Shown: positions 16,185-26,254, counted from the first letter of the stretch. The stretch is 64,000 nucleotides of DNA from Candidatus Latescibacterota bacterium (GCA_965242865.1 CBDETK010000013.1:3520001-3584000); one strand, 5' to 3'. Translations and numbers: made by a program. The notes: a model not told the origin generated them from the sequence alone.

Positions 16185-18875
16185 ATGAACCCCGTTTTTT
16201 CCTTTAGCGAAGTAGCCCGGCTGCCCATGCCCGGCGACAATGTGGCGATTGCCACCCAGTGCTTAGCCGCGGGCACGCGAATCGACTGCGAAGGGCGGTC
16301 GTTCGCGTTGTCCCACACGGTGATGGAAGGCCATCGCTTTGCCGTGGAGCCAATTGAACCCGGCCAATTCCTGCTGTCGTGGCACCTGCCCTTTGGCGTG
16401 GCCGAGCGCGTCCTACAGCCGGGCGACTACGCCTGCAACCAGAGCATGCTCGACGCCTTGGGCATCCGGCAGTTGGACTTTGACCTGCCCGCGCAGGCCA
16501 ATTTCGTCGATCGCATTGAGCCGTATCAACTCGACCCGGCCGCGTTCCAGCCCGGGGTTGCGCTCGACCCGCACGCGGAGCGGCGAACCTTTTTAGGCTA
16601 CGGACGCGCCGGGGGACGCGGCGTGGGGACGCGCAATCACATCGTCGTCTTGGGCACTTCCTCGCGCACGGCCAGTTATGCCCGGGTGTTGGCCGAGCGT
16701 TGGGCCGGCCGGCCAGCCGGCGACGGCGTGGTGCCGATTGCCCACACCGAGGGCGGCGGCGGGTCTGCTCCCAACAACCGCGAACTCGTCTTGCGCACCC
16801 TAGCCGGCTTTGTCGTCCATCCCAATGTCGGCGCAGTGCTGGCGGTGGACTACGGCCGCGAAGCCGTGACCAACCATATCCTGCAAGAGTACATGGCCGC
16901 GCACGGCTACGTGCTCGACCACGTCCGGTGTCGCTTTATGACCTTGGACGGTTCCTTTGCGGCGCGGTTGGAAGAGGGCGACCGGCAAGTGGCGGCTTGG
17001 GCGCACACAATGGCGGGCGAGGAGCGGAGCGAGCACGACCTACGCCATCTCAAGATCGCCTTGCAGTGCGGCGGGTCGGACGCCTTTTCGGGCATTTCGG
17101 GCAATCCGCTGGCCGCGTGGGTGGCGCGCGAGTTGATCCGCTACGGCGGTGCCGCCAACCTCGCCGAGACCGACGAGCTGATCGGCGCCGAACCATACGT
17201 GCTGCAAAACGTCAAGGATGTGGAGACGGCGCGCACCTTTTTGCAGATGGTCGAGCGCTTCAAGGAGCGGGTGTCGTGGCACGGGGCCTCGGCCGAGGGC
17301 AATCCCTCGGGCGGCAACAAATTTCGCGGTCTCTACAATATCGCGCTCAAGTCCATTGGCGCGGCGCGCAAGCGCGATCCAGACGTGCGCTTGGACTACG
17401 CCATTGAGTACGGCGAGCCGCTTAGAGGAGCGGGTTTCCATTTTATGGACAGCCCGGGCAACGACCTAGAAAGCATCGCCGGGCAGGTGGCCAGCGGTTG
17501 CAACGCCATTTTCTTTGTCACGGGCAACGGCTCCATCACCAATTTCCCCTTTGTGCCTACGATCAAAATCGTCACGACCTCGGAGCGCTACGAGTTGCTG
17601 GCCGCCGATCTCGACATCAATGCCGGGGCCTACTTGGATGGCGCGTCCATGGACGAGTTGGGAGCGGCGTTGTTTGAGCGCACCTTGCAGGTGGCCTCGG
17701 GCGAGCGGTCGCTGGGCGAGCGGGCCGGTCACGCCCAAGTGTCCATCTGGCGCGACTGGCAACAGACCGATGCCAGTCGGCTGGCGGAACTGTTGGCCGC
17801 GCCCGCGCCCGCGGGCCGTCCCGTGCCGGTGCGGGACGAGGTCGGGCCAGCCGCGTCGTTCCCCATGCTGGACGGAGGGCGCGGGGCCGCGCTCGAGCAG
17901 GTGGGGCTAATTTTGCCGACCAGCCTGTGCGCGGGCCAGATCGCCCGGATAGGTGCCGAGCGGCTCAATGCCCGGCAAGTGGGTCGCGCCCAGGGCCTGT
18001 CGCGCTTTGTCGCCTTGGTCCACACCGAAGGCTGCGGGCTGTCGTCGAGCGGCGCCACCGAGCAAATGCACTTGCGCACCATGATGGGGTACGCCGCGCA
18101 TCCGTTGGCCCGGCGCGTTTTGTTGCTGGAGCACGGCTGCGAAAAGACCCACAACGACTACATGCGCAACGGCCTTGAGGAATGGGGCTTAGACCCGGCT
18201 GATTTTGGCTGGGCTTCGGTGCAGTTGGACGGCGGCATTGTCAAGGCGCTGGACAAGGTCGAGGCCTGGTTTCGCCAAACGCTGGCCGGGCTGGAAGCAC
18301 CTGTTGCCGTGGAGCGCGGCTTTGCGGCCCTGCGCTTGGGGCTGCAGGCGACGGGGGTGCTGGGGGCGGACGCGGCGCGGTCTTTTGCCCAGTTGACGCG
18401 CTGGGTGGTCACGGCCGGCGGCACGGTGGTCGTACCGCACAATGCAACCCTGCTGCGGGAATCGGCCTATCTCGAATCCGTGCTAATCCAGCCCTCGGAC
18501 GCTGCGACATTGCCGTATGGCGAGGCCGCCGCCGAGCCGGGTTTTTACATCATGGAGACGCCCACCGACCACTGGGTGGAGACGGCCACCGGCCTGGGTG
18601 CTACGGGCGTGGACCTAATTTTGGCTCACACCGGCGAGCATCCCTTACAAGGGCATCCCCTGCTGCCGGTGGTGCAGGTCAGCGCGAACCCGGCGGTCGC
18701 GGCGCGCTACGGCGACGATATTGATTGGGCGTTGACGGGGACAACAGACGATTGGGCCGCGCAGTTGGCCGCGTTGTTGGTTCGGGTGGCGCGCCGCGAC
18801 CACCTCCCCGGGGCCTTGCAGCAGCGCAACCTCGACTTCCAATTGACGCGCGGCTTGTTGGGGGTTTCGACCTGA
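16185..18875 (+). CDS. UxaA/GarD-family sugar-acid dehydratase with a partly duplicated C-terminal domain
   Basis: SAF-like N-terminus (DNVAIA, GHRFA), VGTRN, HTEG, LQCGGSDAFSG, GNPSGGN, FVTGNG; a second HTEGCG...GCEK block follows. Confidence 0.8.
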   Translation: MNPVFSFSEVARLPMPGDNVAIATQCLAAGTRIDCEGRSFALSHTVMEGHRFAVEPIEPGQFLLSWHLPFGVAERVLQPGDYACNQSMLDALGIRQLDFDLPAQANFVDRIEPYQLDPAAFQPGVALDPHAERRTFLGYGRAGGRGVGTRNHIVVLGTSSRTASYARVLAERWAGRPAGDGVVPIAHTEGGGGSAPNNRELVLRTLAGFVVHPNVGAVLAVDYGREAVTNHILQEYMAAHGYVLDHVRCRFMTLDGSFAARLEEGDRQVAAWAHTMAGEERSEHDLRHLKIALQCGGSDAFSGISGNPLAAWVARELIRYGGAANLAETDELIGAEPYVLQNVKDVETARTFLQMVERFKERVSWHGASAEGNPSGGNKFRGLYNIALKSIGAARKRDPDVRLDYAIEYGEPLRGAGFHFMDSPGNDLESIAGQVASGCNAIFFVTGNGSITNFPFVPTIKIVTTSERYELLAADLDINAGAYLDGASMDELGAALFERTLQVASGERSLGERAGHAQVSIWRDWQQTDASRLAELLAAPAPAGRPVPVRDEVGPAASFPMLDGGRGAALEQVGLILPTSLCAGQIARIGAERLNARQVGRAQGLSRFVALVHTEGCGLSSSGATEQMHLRTMMGYAAHPLARRVLLLEHGCEKTHNDYMRNGLEEWGLDPADFGWASVQLDGGIVKALDKVEAWFRQTLAGLEAPVAVERGFAALRLGLQATGVLGADAARSFAQLTRWVVTAGGTVVVPHNATLLRESAYLESVLIQPSDAATLPYGEAAAEPGFYIMETPTDHWVETATGLGATGVDLILAHTGEHPLQGHPLLPVVQVSANPAVAARYGDDIDWALTGTTDDWAAQLAALLVRVARRDHLPGALQQRNLDFQLTRGLLGVST

Positions 18876-18926
18876 GTGCGGAGAAGCGGGCCGAGGCCGA
18901 TCAGCCGCACCCCCTCGTGCGCTGGA

Positions 18927-19268
18927 CTAGCTGGCACGGGACTTGCTCAAAGTTTCTTTGATTAGGAATCCAAGCAGAATAAACAACGCTCTATCTAGGA
19001 TAGCAAAGAACTGCTCAAAAAGGGGCGAATCTTTGAACCACATGGATCCGATGATACTTCCTACTAACAACAGGATGAGGATGCCACAGATCAATAGAAA
19101 TACTTGGTTGCGTTGAACGGACTGCTTATCCCCCAATATTTTATCAAAGAACTTGTCTTCTTGCTCACGGATGGGCGTAGGAGAAGGCAGGTCTTCAGCA
19201 TCAGCAATACGACCTAGTTTTTCTTTTATATCTGATTGTTCTAGTGGTTCACCGCCAGACTCGCTCAT
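18927..19268 (-). CDS. Hypothetical protein with two predicted TM helices (possible toxin partner)
   Basis: ATGA overlap with the upstream gene; hydrophobic C-terminal half; AT-rich. Confidence 0.6.
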   Translation of the reverse strand: MSESGGEPLEQSDIKEKLGRIADAEDLPSPTPIREQEDKFFDKILGDKQSVQRNQVFLLICGILILLLVGSIIGSMWFKDSPLFEQFFAILDRALFILLGFLIKETLSKSRAS

Positions 19269-19773
19269 TTGAGTTTACCCTTGTAGTAGTCTCTAATATC
19301 TTCGTTTTCGATATGGGCGTTCTTGATTTCCCCCCTATATGATGCCTTGCTCCAAGGACTGTCTTCTTGGTGAGTCAGAGAGGAAAGTTCTCCTGGGCTA
19401 AAGTCCTTATAAAGATTCCAAATGTGATCGATAAAGTCTTTCACGAATCCCTTAGTGGGATTATGAGCAACCCAAGACTCCCACTTCTCTTTTATAGGGT
19501 TGAAACGATATTCAAGGGCTTTTCTATCGATCGGCTGTCTGCCAAATTCTGCAAACTCGTAGTACAGTGAGGGAATACAGGTCCATATTGCCACGCCTCG
19601 ACAAACTCATCATCAACGAGAGGCTTATCAGTGACGGCCAAAAACCACCCATGCGCGATATAGACCAGTTTTTGAATCTTTAGAGGCGTAATTTCTTTGT
19701 TTTCTTTATTCGCCAGATCCAGAAAGCAATTAGCGACAGCTTGAGCTGAGTATCCCATATCTTTCTCCTTCAT
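19265..19773 (-). pseudogene. Panacea/SocA (DUF4065)-like antitoxin split by a 1-bp frameshift near 19577
   Basis: VANCFL...ITPLKIQKLVYIAHGW...EAWQYGPV in one frame continues as IPSLYYEF...LSSLTH..DSPW in another. Confidence 0.8.
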
Positions 19774-19892
19774 TCATCTATATTAGATACTGAACATCTA
19801 AACCATATTGCACTGTGTCAACTGGCTTTTTTCCACCTGAAAACGGAAAATTCTTGCTGCGGTTCCCGCACCTGAATAAACAGGAATATAGA

Positions 19893-19971
19893 ATGTATGC
19901 GCGTATGACTTCCAAAGGTCAGGTGACCATCCCGCAGGAGATCCGCAAAAAACTCAAGCTGAAGGAAAGGG
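19893..19971 (+). pseudogene. Truncated AbrB/MazE/SpoVT-family antitoxin fragment
   Basis: MYARMTSKGQVTIPQEIRKKLKL; similarity stops at the 3' end of the convergent O-methyltransferase. Confidence 0.65.
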
Positions 19972-20640
19972 TCATTGGCTTCGCTTGCGCGCCAGCGTCA
20001 ACCCATCGCCAATCGACAGCAGGGACGCGGTTACGCGCTCGTCGGCGCAGATTTTGGCGTTGAGTGCTCGGATCGCTGCGGTGCTCTCGTCCTGCACGCT
20101 GGCGTCGGCGGGCCGCCCGCCCCACAGCACATTGTCGATTAAGATCAATCCGCCCGGGCGCAAAAGCTGCAAACAGCGCTCGTAATAGGCGTCGTAATTT
20201 TCCTTGTCTGCGTCGATAAAGGCCAAGTCGAAGCAACCCGCTTCCCCGGCCGCGAGCATTCGGTCGAGCGTGCCTACCGCTGGTCCCAATCGCAATTCGA
20301 TCTTGTCGGCCACGCCGGCTTCCTGCCAATAGCGTTGGGCGACGCGGGTAAATTCGGCGCTCACGTCGCAGGCGATTAGCCGCCCGTCGGCGGGCAGAGC
20401 TAACGCCAGCGCAAGGCTGCTGTAGCCGGTAAAAGTCCCCACCTCCACGATCCGCTTGGCGTCGGTCAGCTCGACGAGCAGCCCCATGAACTGCCCCTGA
20501 TCGGGCGAGATTTGCATGCCGCCCATGGGCAGGGCTTGAGTCTCTTGGCGCAACCGCCTGAACACGGCTCGGTCGCGCAGGGAGTTGGCGAGGATATAGT
20601 CGTAAATATGCGTTTCGATAAAACCATTGCGGGCACTCAT
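19972..20640 (-). CDS. SAM-dependent O-methyltransferase (caffeoyl-CoA OMT-like)
   Basis: MQISPDQGQF, EVGTFTGYS, FDLAFIDADK, DNVLWGG, GDGLT. Confidence 0.92.
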   Translation of the reverse strand: MSARNGFIETHIYDYILANSLRDRAVFRRLRQETQALPMGGMQISPDQGQFMGLLVELTDAKRIVEVGTFTGYSSLALALALPADGRLIACDVSAEFTRVAQRYWQEAGVADKIELRLGPAVGTLDRMLAAGEAGCFDLAFIDADKENYDAYYERCLQLLRPGGLILIDNVLWGGRPADASVQDESTAAIRALNAKICADERVTASLLSIGDGLTLARKRSQ

Positions 20641-20721
20641 GGACGGACCTTTCGCAAAAGGGGATACGGGAAGTTTTGCCAAAGTAAGCGGATGCCTTGT
20701 GCGGCACAACTTGCCGGAGGT

Positions 20722-22038
20722 TCAGTCGCCGCCCACGGCCAACAACCTAAATCCCCCGGGAGCCAATTCCACGGTTGCGGCTCGGTTGTCGATCGCCAAG
20801 GCCGCGCCGGTCGCTGCATCGCGAGCCTCGTCCTTCTTCAGGGCCAACCCCACGCGCCGCCGTTCCCAAGTGCGCCGATTGACGACCAACACGTGGGTCT
20901 GCTGCTGGAGGTCGCCAAAAAATCCGAGCTCTAAGTCGGCATCGGCCGCGGCGATCAGCTCGTTTTCAGCGAGACGGTCTGTGCTCGTCGCGCCGCGAAA
21001 GTACAGGCCGGCGATCGCCGGACTCAGCGCGGCGATCAGCTCGTTGATCTTTTGCACGGCCGCATAGCTCGCCGTAGGAGCCCCAGCTCGATCTACCAAC
21101 CCCTCATACCAGCGCGTCTGGACCAGCGCACCGCGGGCATCGCGCACCTTTTCGAGGCCCGAGCTGTAGAGAAAATAGACGATGCCCGAGGCCCCCCGCG
21201 TCAGCGCGAATCCCACTTGGACGGAAATTTCCGCCGGCGAAGGCTGGCGATAGTACGGCTTCCCGCCGCGTGTCTCGCCGTGTACTTGCACGATGGCGTG
21301 CCAGCGGCCCCAGTGGGCGCGCAGGTGGGCGGCGACTTGGTCGTATCCGGCGAGCAAGGCGTTGAGCCGACGCTGTAAGCCCGCGCCCGCGTGCGGCGCG
21401 TGGCTCCTAAACACGTAGTGCTCGTGTTGAAAGATGTTGGGCGGCCCGCGCTGGCGGAAAAACGCCTCGGCAAAGGCCCGGCGGTCCTCGTAGTGGTCGA
21501 GCCGCCCCACAGTGAGGACCGGCCGCAGGGAGTCAGCGCGCCCGAGTGCAGACACGACCTCGGCGAGCGCGTCGTAGTACTCTTCCCGATAGTCTTCGTG
21601 CCCCACGAGATAGCCCTGCAACCCGGCCGCGCCCTCCCACTGCGCGACGAGAGCTCGCACTCGCAGAGAGAGCGAGTCGGCAAATCCCGCGCCCACCGGG
21701 GAGCGCGTGGCCCAGCGTTGCAACTTGTCGTCGGGCGCGTACCCGGGCGGCTCGTAAAAGACCGGCATCTGCCAGCCGCGGGCATGGCAAAAGTCCATGG
21801 CCCGCTCTTCGGCCGTTTTTCCGCCCACCTCGGCCCGCTGCAACCACTCTAGCTGATTCAGGCCCAGTTCGGCGAGCTGCTGCCGGTCGGTCGCGCTGAA
21901 CCGATAGGTGTCCAGCCCGGCCGGCAACCACGCGCCCACGACGAGCGCACCGATGGGGGTGGGCACAGAGGGACGCGGGGGCTCACACCCGGCCCCGGCC
22001 AGCAGCACCGCCCCGAGATAGAGGAGGTAGAATTTCAA
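20722..22038 (-). CDS. Hypothetical lipoprotein, possibly a glycoside-hydrolase-like barrel
   Basis: Lipobox-like LAGAGC; GYLVGHE and GASGIVYF motifs; overlaps the stop of the neighbouring gene. Confidence 0.55.
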   Translation of the reverse strand: MKFYLLYLGAVLLAGAGCEPPRPSVPTPIGALVVGAWLPAGLDTYRFSATDRQQLAELGLNQLEWLQRAEVGGKTAEERAMDFCHARGWQMPVFYEPPGYAPDDKLQRWATRSPVGAGFADSLSLRVRALVAQWEGAAGLQGYLVGHEDYREEYYDALAEVVSALGRADSLRPVLTVGRLDHYEDRRAFAEAFFRQRGPPNIFQHEHYVFRSHAPHAGAGLQRRLNALLAGYDQVAAHLRAHWGRWHAIVQVHGETRGGKPYYRQPSPAEISVQVGFALTRGASGIVYFLYSSGLEKVRDARGALVQTRWYEGLVDRAGAPTASYAAVQKINELIAALSPAIAGLYFRGATSTDRLAENELIAAADADLELGFFGDLQQQTHVLVVNRRTWERRRVGLALKKDEARDAATGAALAIDNRAATVELAPGGFRLLAVGGD

Positions 22039-22382
22039 GATTGGAGTTTGGGATTTTCCGCGTGCCGCCGCCGGTCGCGGCGGGTCTTCTTGGCCAGCGC
22101 ACGTTGGAAGGATTCTTCTAAGTCAACCCCGGTCTGATTGGCGAGGCACAGGAGGACGAAGAGCACATCGGCCATCTCCATGCCGAGATCGGCTTCTTCG
22201 CCCTCCTTAAAGCTCTGCTCCCCAAAGGTGCGAGCCATGATCCGCGCCAACTCGCCGACTTCCTCCATTAGCACGGCCGTATTGGTTAGCTCGGAGAAGT
22301 AGCGCACGCCGACCTCGGCGATCCACTCATCTACGGCCCGCTGGCAGGCGCGGAGGGTGTGCTCAGGCGCGGGCGGGTTCAT
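22035..22382 (-). CDS. MazG-like nucleotide pyrophosphohydrolase
   Basis: LMEEVGELAR...EMADVLFVLLCLANQTGVDL. Confidence 0.9.
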   Translation of the reverse strand: MNPPAPEHTLRACQRAVDEWIAEVGVRYFSELTNTAVLMEEVGELARIMARTFGEQSFKEGEEADLGMEMADVLFVLLCLANQTGVDLEESFQRALAKKTRRDRRRHAENPKLQS

Positions 22383-23490
22383 GGGGAACGGGTGCTAGAC
22401 CGTCTTGTTGGCGTTGGGCATTGACATCGTCCAACCGCCAAGGCACGGCCGATCCGTCGGCGCGAAAGCGCTTGTAGTAGCGGCCTTGGCCGAGGCGGGC
22501 GATGGGCATTAGCGGCGTGGCAGACCGCAGCTCGGCTAGGGCCGCGCCCTGGAGCACCGCGCCGCTCGCGAGATCGACGACCTTGATTTTCTCGGGGTCA
22601 ATGAGGCCCAAGCCGCGGGCGTGGGCGCATTGCAGATAGGGGGTGGCCTGCGGATCGAGGCCCATCAGGTAGGTCGCCACGGCATCTACCTGTACTTCGT
22701 TGACGCCGGCCAACGCCCAGCCGAGGGGATAATTGGCCCCTTCGTTGAACGCCGTGCCGTCGCGCCCGACTAGGCCATCTACCACCGCAAGCCGCGGAAT
22801 CTCCAAGCCGCGCAACGCGACCAATAGATCGCAGAGCTTGTGATAGAAGCGGTCTTCAAAGAGGCTGAGGCCGCTCTCGGTCAGCCGCCACAGGTCTGCG
22901 GCGCAGGGCGCGTCCACCGCTTGGATCGCGCACAGGTGCCGCTCGGGCTTGGCTACGATGCCCATTAGGTTTTTGATCGACAAGGTCGTGCAGCCCAAGT
23001 TGTGGCACTTGGCGAGAGGGACGTTCAAAAAGAAGGCACAATCGGTCACTTCCCGGTACAGGGGATAACGCTCATACACCACGCCAGCGGCGACCTCGAC
23101 GACGCGGGAATCCTCGTCGGCGTTCATTTCTTGGAGCCGCACGCCCCGGTCCGCGGCCATGGCGCGATAGCCGCATTGTTCCCAAGTATGCCCGGCCGCG
23201 GCGTTTTCCCCAGACTGGCCATCGGCAACGACCATGCGCTCGGCGGGGACGCCTTGGCTGGACAGGGCGTCGAGGAGGCCGCCGACAAACCCGGGGTGGG
23301 TGATGACGCGCTTTTCCGGTGGATAGAGCACTGTGGCGTTGGGCTTGAGCAAGATGGTGCCAGCGGCCGGCAGCGGCACCTGTAGGGCGGCGAGGGTGCG
23401 GTAGGCCAACTCCCGGTAGGTCGCAAAGGGAGCTTCGGCGCGGTCGATGGGCGAGCGCGCTACATATACTGAGTCGGGGGATGCGAGCAT
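22363..23490 (-). CDS. DUF362-domain protein
   Basis: ILLKPN, THP, NVPLAKCH...TLSIKNLMG, VDG..G, VDAVA..LMG. Confidence 0.85.
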   Translation of the reverse strand: MLASPDSVYVARSPIDRAEAPFATYRELAYRTLAALQVPLPAAGTILLKPNATVLYPPEKRVITHPGFVGGLLDALSSQGVPAERMVVADGQSGENAAAGHTWEQCGYRAMAADRGVRLQEMNADEDSRVVEVAAGVVYERYPLYREVTDCAFFLNVPLAKCHNLGCTTLSIKNLMGIVAKPERHLCAIQAVDAPCAADLWRLTESGLSLFEDRFYHKLCDLLVALRGLEIPRLAVVDGLVGRDGTAFNEGANYPLGWALAGVNEVQVDAVATYLMGLDPQATPYLQCAHARGLGLIDPEKIKVVDLASGAVLQGAALAELRSATPLMPIARLGQGRYYKRFRADGSAVPWRLDDVNAQRQQDGLAPVPHEPARA

Positions 23491-23516
23491 GGTGAATTCC
23501 CAAGTGATCGGCAAGC

Positions 23517-23553
23517 AAAAGCGGCCGAGAGCACCGAGCTCCCGACCGCTTTT
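23517..23553 (-). terminator. Intrinsic terminator after murA
   Basis: Minus-strand stem GCGGTCGGGAGC/GCTCTCGGCCGC followed by TTTT. Confidence 0.6.
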
Positions 23554-23578
23554 AGTCGCCTTGGCGGCGCAACGCGCC

Positions 23579-24850
23579 TCAGTGCCTTTCGATGTCGGCG
23601 CCCAAGGCCCGCAGGCGGTGCTCGATGTGGGCGTGCCCGCGGTCGAGCTGGTAGAGGTTGCTTATTTCGGTGTGGCCCTCGGCCGCTAGGCCGGCGAGTA
23701 CGCAGGCGGCCCCAGCACGAATGTCCATGGCCTTGACTTTGGCCCCCTTGAGCTGGGCCGGCCCATGCACCAACACGAGGCGATCCTTTTCCGGGGCGAT
23801 GCGCGCCCCAAAAGAGCGCAAGGTCTTGACGTGGCCGAGGCGGTCTTCAAACACGGTCTCGCGGATGTAGCTGTCGCCTTTGGCCCTACAGGCCAAGGCG
23901 GTCATCCCGGGCTGCAGATCGGTTGGGAAGCCGGGGTAAAACGTGGTGACTACGTTGATCGGCGACAAAATTTTCGGCCCGCGCACCCGCATCCAAGCGC
24001 CTTCTTCCGTCATCTCGACGCCCATCTGCTGGAGCTTGGCCTCAAACACGTACAGGTGATCGCGCACCACGCCCTTGAGGGCGATGTCGCCGCCGGTAAT
24101 CGCGCCGGCCATCATTAGGAGACCGGCGTCGAGGCGGTCGTACATGATCGTGTGCTCGGCGCCGACCAATTCGCGGACTCCCTTGATATGCACCCGCCGC
24201 GTACCCGCGCCTTCTACTTGGGCCCCCATCTTTTGGAGGAATGCGGCGAAATCGACGATCTCCGGGTCGGAGGCTGCGTTTTCGATCGCGGATTCGCCCT
24301 CGGCCAGACAGGACGCCATAACGAGGTTTTCCACCCCGGTGTGGCTGGGCAAATCGCAGTACATAACCGCGCCGGAGAGCCGCTTGGCTACCACGTCGAT
24401 GCCACCGCCGACCACGCTTTGGACTTCGGCGCCGAGCCGGGCAAAGCCGCGATAGTGATAATCCGTCGGCCGCGAGCCAATCGTGCAGCCGCCCACCTCT
24501 TGGATCCAAGCGCGGCCAAAGCGGGCCAACAGCGGCCCGACGAAAACCAGCGCAGCGCGAAAGCGCTTGGTCAAATCTTCGGGCAGCCGGGTCTCTTTGA
24601 CATCGCGGGTGTCTAGGACGGCTACTCTCTCGGTTGCGTCGTAATCGACGCGGGCGCCGAGCCGCCGCAGCACTGCTAGGGCGACCAATACGTCTTTGAC
24701 CGGGGGCACCCGGTGCAAAATGGTTTGCCCTTCTGTGGCCAGCAGCGAGGCGGCCAACATGGGCAGCGCGGCGTTTTTGGCCCCTTGAACCTCGACTTCA
24801 CCTTGCAAAGGGCGACCGCCGCGCACGAAAAGGACTTCTGGAGAACTCAT
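23579..24850 (-). CDS. murA: UDP-N-acetylglucosamine 1-carboxyvinyltransferase
   Basis: GAKNAALP, GGCTIGSRP, PGFPTDLQ, ETVFEDR, DIRAGA, LDRG. Confidence 0.93.
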   Translation of the reverse strand: MSSPEVLFVRGGRPLQGEVEVQGAKNAALPMLAASLLATEGQTILHRVPPVKDVLVALAVLRRLGARVDYDATERVAVLDTRDVKETRLPEDLTKRFRAALVFVGPLLARFGRAWIQEVGGCTIGSRPTDYHYRGFARLGAEVQSVVGGGIDVVAKRLSGAVMYCDLPSHTGVENLVMASCLAEGESAIENAASDPEIVDFAAFLQKMGAQVEGAGTRRVHIKGVRELVGAEHTIMYDRLDAGLLMMAGAITGGDIALKGVVRDHLYVFEAKLQQMGVEMTEEGAWMRVRGPKILSPINVVTTFYPGFPTDLQPGMTALACRAKGDSYIRETVFEDRLGHVKTLRSFGARIAPEKDRLVLVHGPAQLKGAKVKAMDIRAGAACVLAGLAAEGHTEISNLYQLDRGHAHIEHRLRALGADIERH

Positions 24851-25035
24851 TGGCAATCCTAAAGTTAAGCAGGAGAGTCAACACAATAAGGTGGGGGGAT
24901 AGCTCAAATGTAATGCCGGGTATTCGGTTCGTCAATCACAGAATGCCGTGCTTGACAGGGAGGGGCGCAACTCTATATTCACCGAAACCACCGAAGGCAA
25001 CATCGCCTCTATCACGCCAAAAAGGAGTCCCAATC

Positions 25036-25305
25036 ATGGCTGAATCCCCTCACATCGTCGCTTACCTAAAGCCGGTTTGCGGCTGGAGCCGCAGCGTGCG
25101 CGAAACCTTCGCCAAGTACGGCCTCTCATACGAGGACAAAGACATTATCAACAATCCGGCTATCTACGCTGAGATGGTGCAAAAAAGCGGCCAGCCCCTC
25201 TCGCCCTGCGTCGAGATCAATGGCCAGATGCTGGCCGATGTCGATGGCGATGAGGTCGAGGCTTGGATGCTCGAAAACGGAGTCGTCGAGCCGGTCGCGG
25301 TCTAG
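25036..25305 (+). CDS. Glutaredoxin-like protein
   Basis: AAGGAG RBS; CGWS motif; SGQ..SPCVEING. Confidence 0.85.
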   Translation: MAESPHIVAYLKPVCGWSRSVRETFAKYGLSYEDKDIINNPAIYAEMVQKSGQPLSPCVEINGQMLADVDGDEVEAWMLENGVVEPVAV

Positions 25306-25823
25306 CCGCCCAGCCGGCTCAGCACGCGCCGCATGCCCTCGCACAGGTTGGGTTGCTCGTGGTTGAGCGGCCCGCTCGCCGCTCGGCGAATCAAGGTCAA
25401 CGCGCCCCAGAGCCGGCCGTCGCTGGCCTTGAGGGGCAGCACGTAGCTAAAGCCGATAGACCCGTCTTCAGCCCCCTCTAGCAGGAAGCGCACCACTCCT
25501 GCTGGCAGGGGGCTTTCTTCGTCGGCGCGGGTCTGCCCCACTATCAACAGCGCGGACCCACCAACCCCGTCTTGAGCGGCGAAGGAATTCCCGCTGTCCT
25601 GCTCCAACACCCGCTGCAGGACCTCAGCCCCTGCGCCAGCCGTGCGGACCACCCCTGGGCCGACGCGCTCATATACGATGGTGTCGGCCGCTTCAATGCC
25701 CAGCAGCAAATTCATGCCTTGGAGCACGGCTTCATCTGGCGACATGGCTTCGAGCGATGCGACGATGTGCGGAGGAATTGCAGCGGGTTCGGGCATGTTA
25801 AACGGGATGATTGAGATGGGCAT
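25302..25823 (-). CDS. Hypothetical GAF-like protein
   Basis: C-terminal YVLPL....GRLWGALTL resembles a GAF strand pattern. Confidence 0.55.
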   Translation of the reverse strand: MPISIIPFNMPEPAAIPPHIVASLEAMSPDEAVLQGMNLLLGIEAADTIVYERVGPGVVRTAGAGAEVLQRVLEQDSGNSFAAQDGVGGSALLIVGQTRADEESPLPAGVVRFLLEGAEDGSIGFSYVLPLKASDGRLWGALTLIRRAASGPLNHEQPNLCEGMRRVLSRLGG

Positions 25824-25832
25824 GGCGCATCC

Positions 25833-25860
25833 TTGACAAGGCAAATGAGGGGGCTTTAAT
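25833..25860 (+). promoter_or_regulatory. Putative sigma70 promoter of tRNA-Phe
   Basis: TTGACA-N16-TTTAAT ending 20 bp upstream of the tRNA. Confidence 0.55.
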
Positions 25861-25880
25861 TTTTTGACGCTTTTTTTGGT

Positions 25881-25956
25881 GGCTCTTTAGCTCAGTTGGT
25901 AGAGCAGGAGACTGAAAATCTCTGTGTCCGCGGTTCGATTCCGCGAGGAGCCACCA
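25881..25956 (+). tRNA. tRNA-Phe(GAA)
   Basis: Cloverleaf GGCTCTT..AGCTCAGTTGGTAGAGC..CTGAAAA..GGTTCGATTCC..GGAGCC-ACCA, 76 nt with encoded CCA. Confidence 0.97.
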
Positions 25957-25968
25957 CTAATAAACAAT

Positions 25969-26008
25969 AAACAGCCCCTTAGCGCACCCAAGCTGAGGGG
26001 CTGTTTTT
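25969..26008 (+). terminator. Terminator hairpin after the tRNA; left boundary repeat of the island
   Basis: AAACAGCCCCTTAGC-loop-GCTGAGGGGCTGTTTTT. Confidence 0.8.
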
Positions 26009-26254
26009 GCGTTTGCCGCCTTGCCCTTTTCGCTTATGGGCCGTTAATTGTGGCCCGTGCCCCGAAGAGGAGTTTGCACAGCAAAGGAAATCCAGAAGGA
26101 TACATTCCCAGATTATGCCCAGATTATGAGTCTATCACAAGAAGCTGGATTTGAGCTCTGTGGCGTCGTGGTAGGCTTCCTACTGGATAGGAGTACTCCT
26201 TAGGATGGGCAGGCGATTACCAACCATTAGTACTCACAGGAAGGAGCCTCCCTC

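Noticed and set aside
26106-26128. Short tandem duplication CCCAGATTATG x2
   Set aside because: Only two copies; a function cannot be supported.
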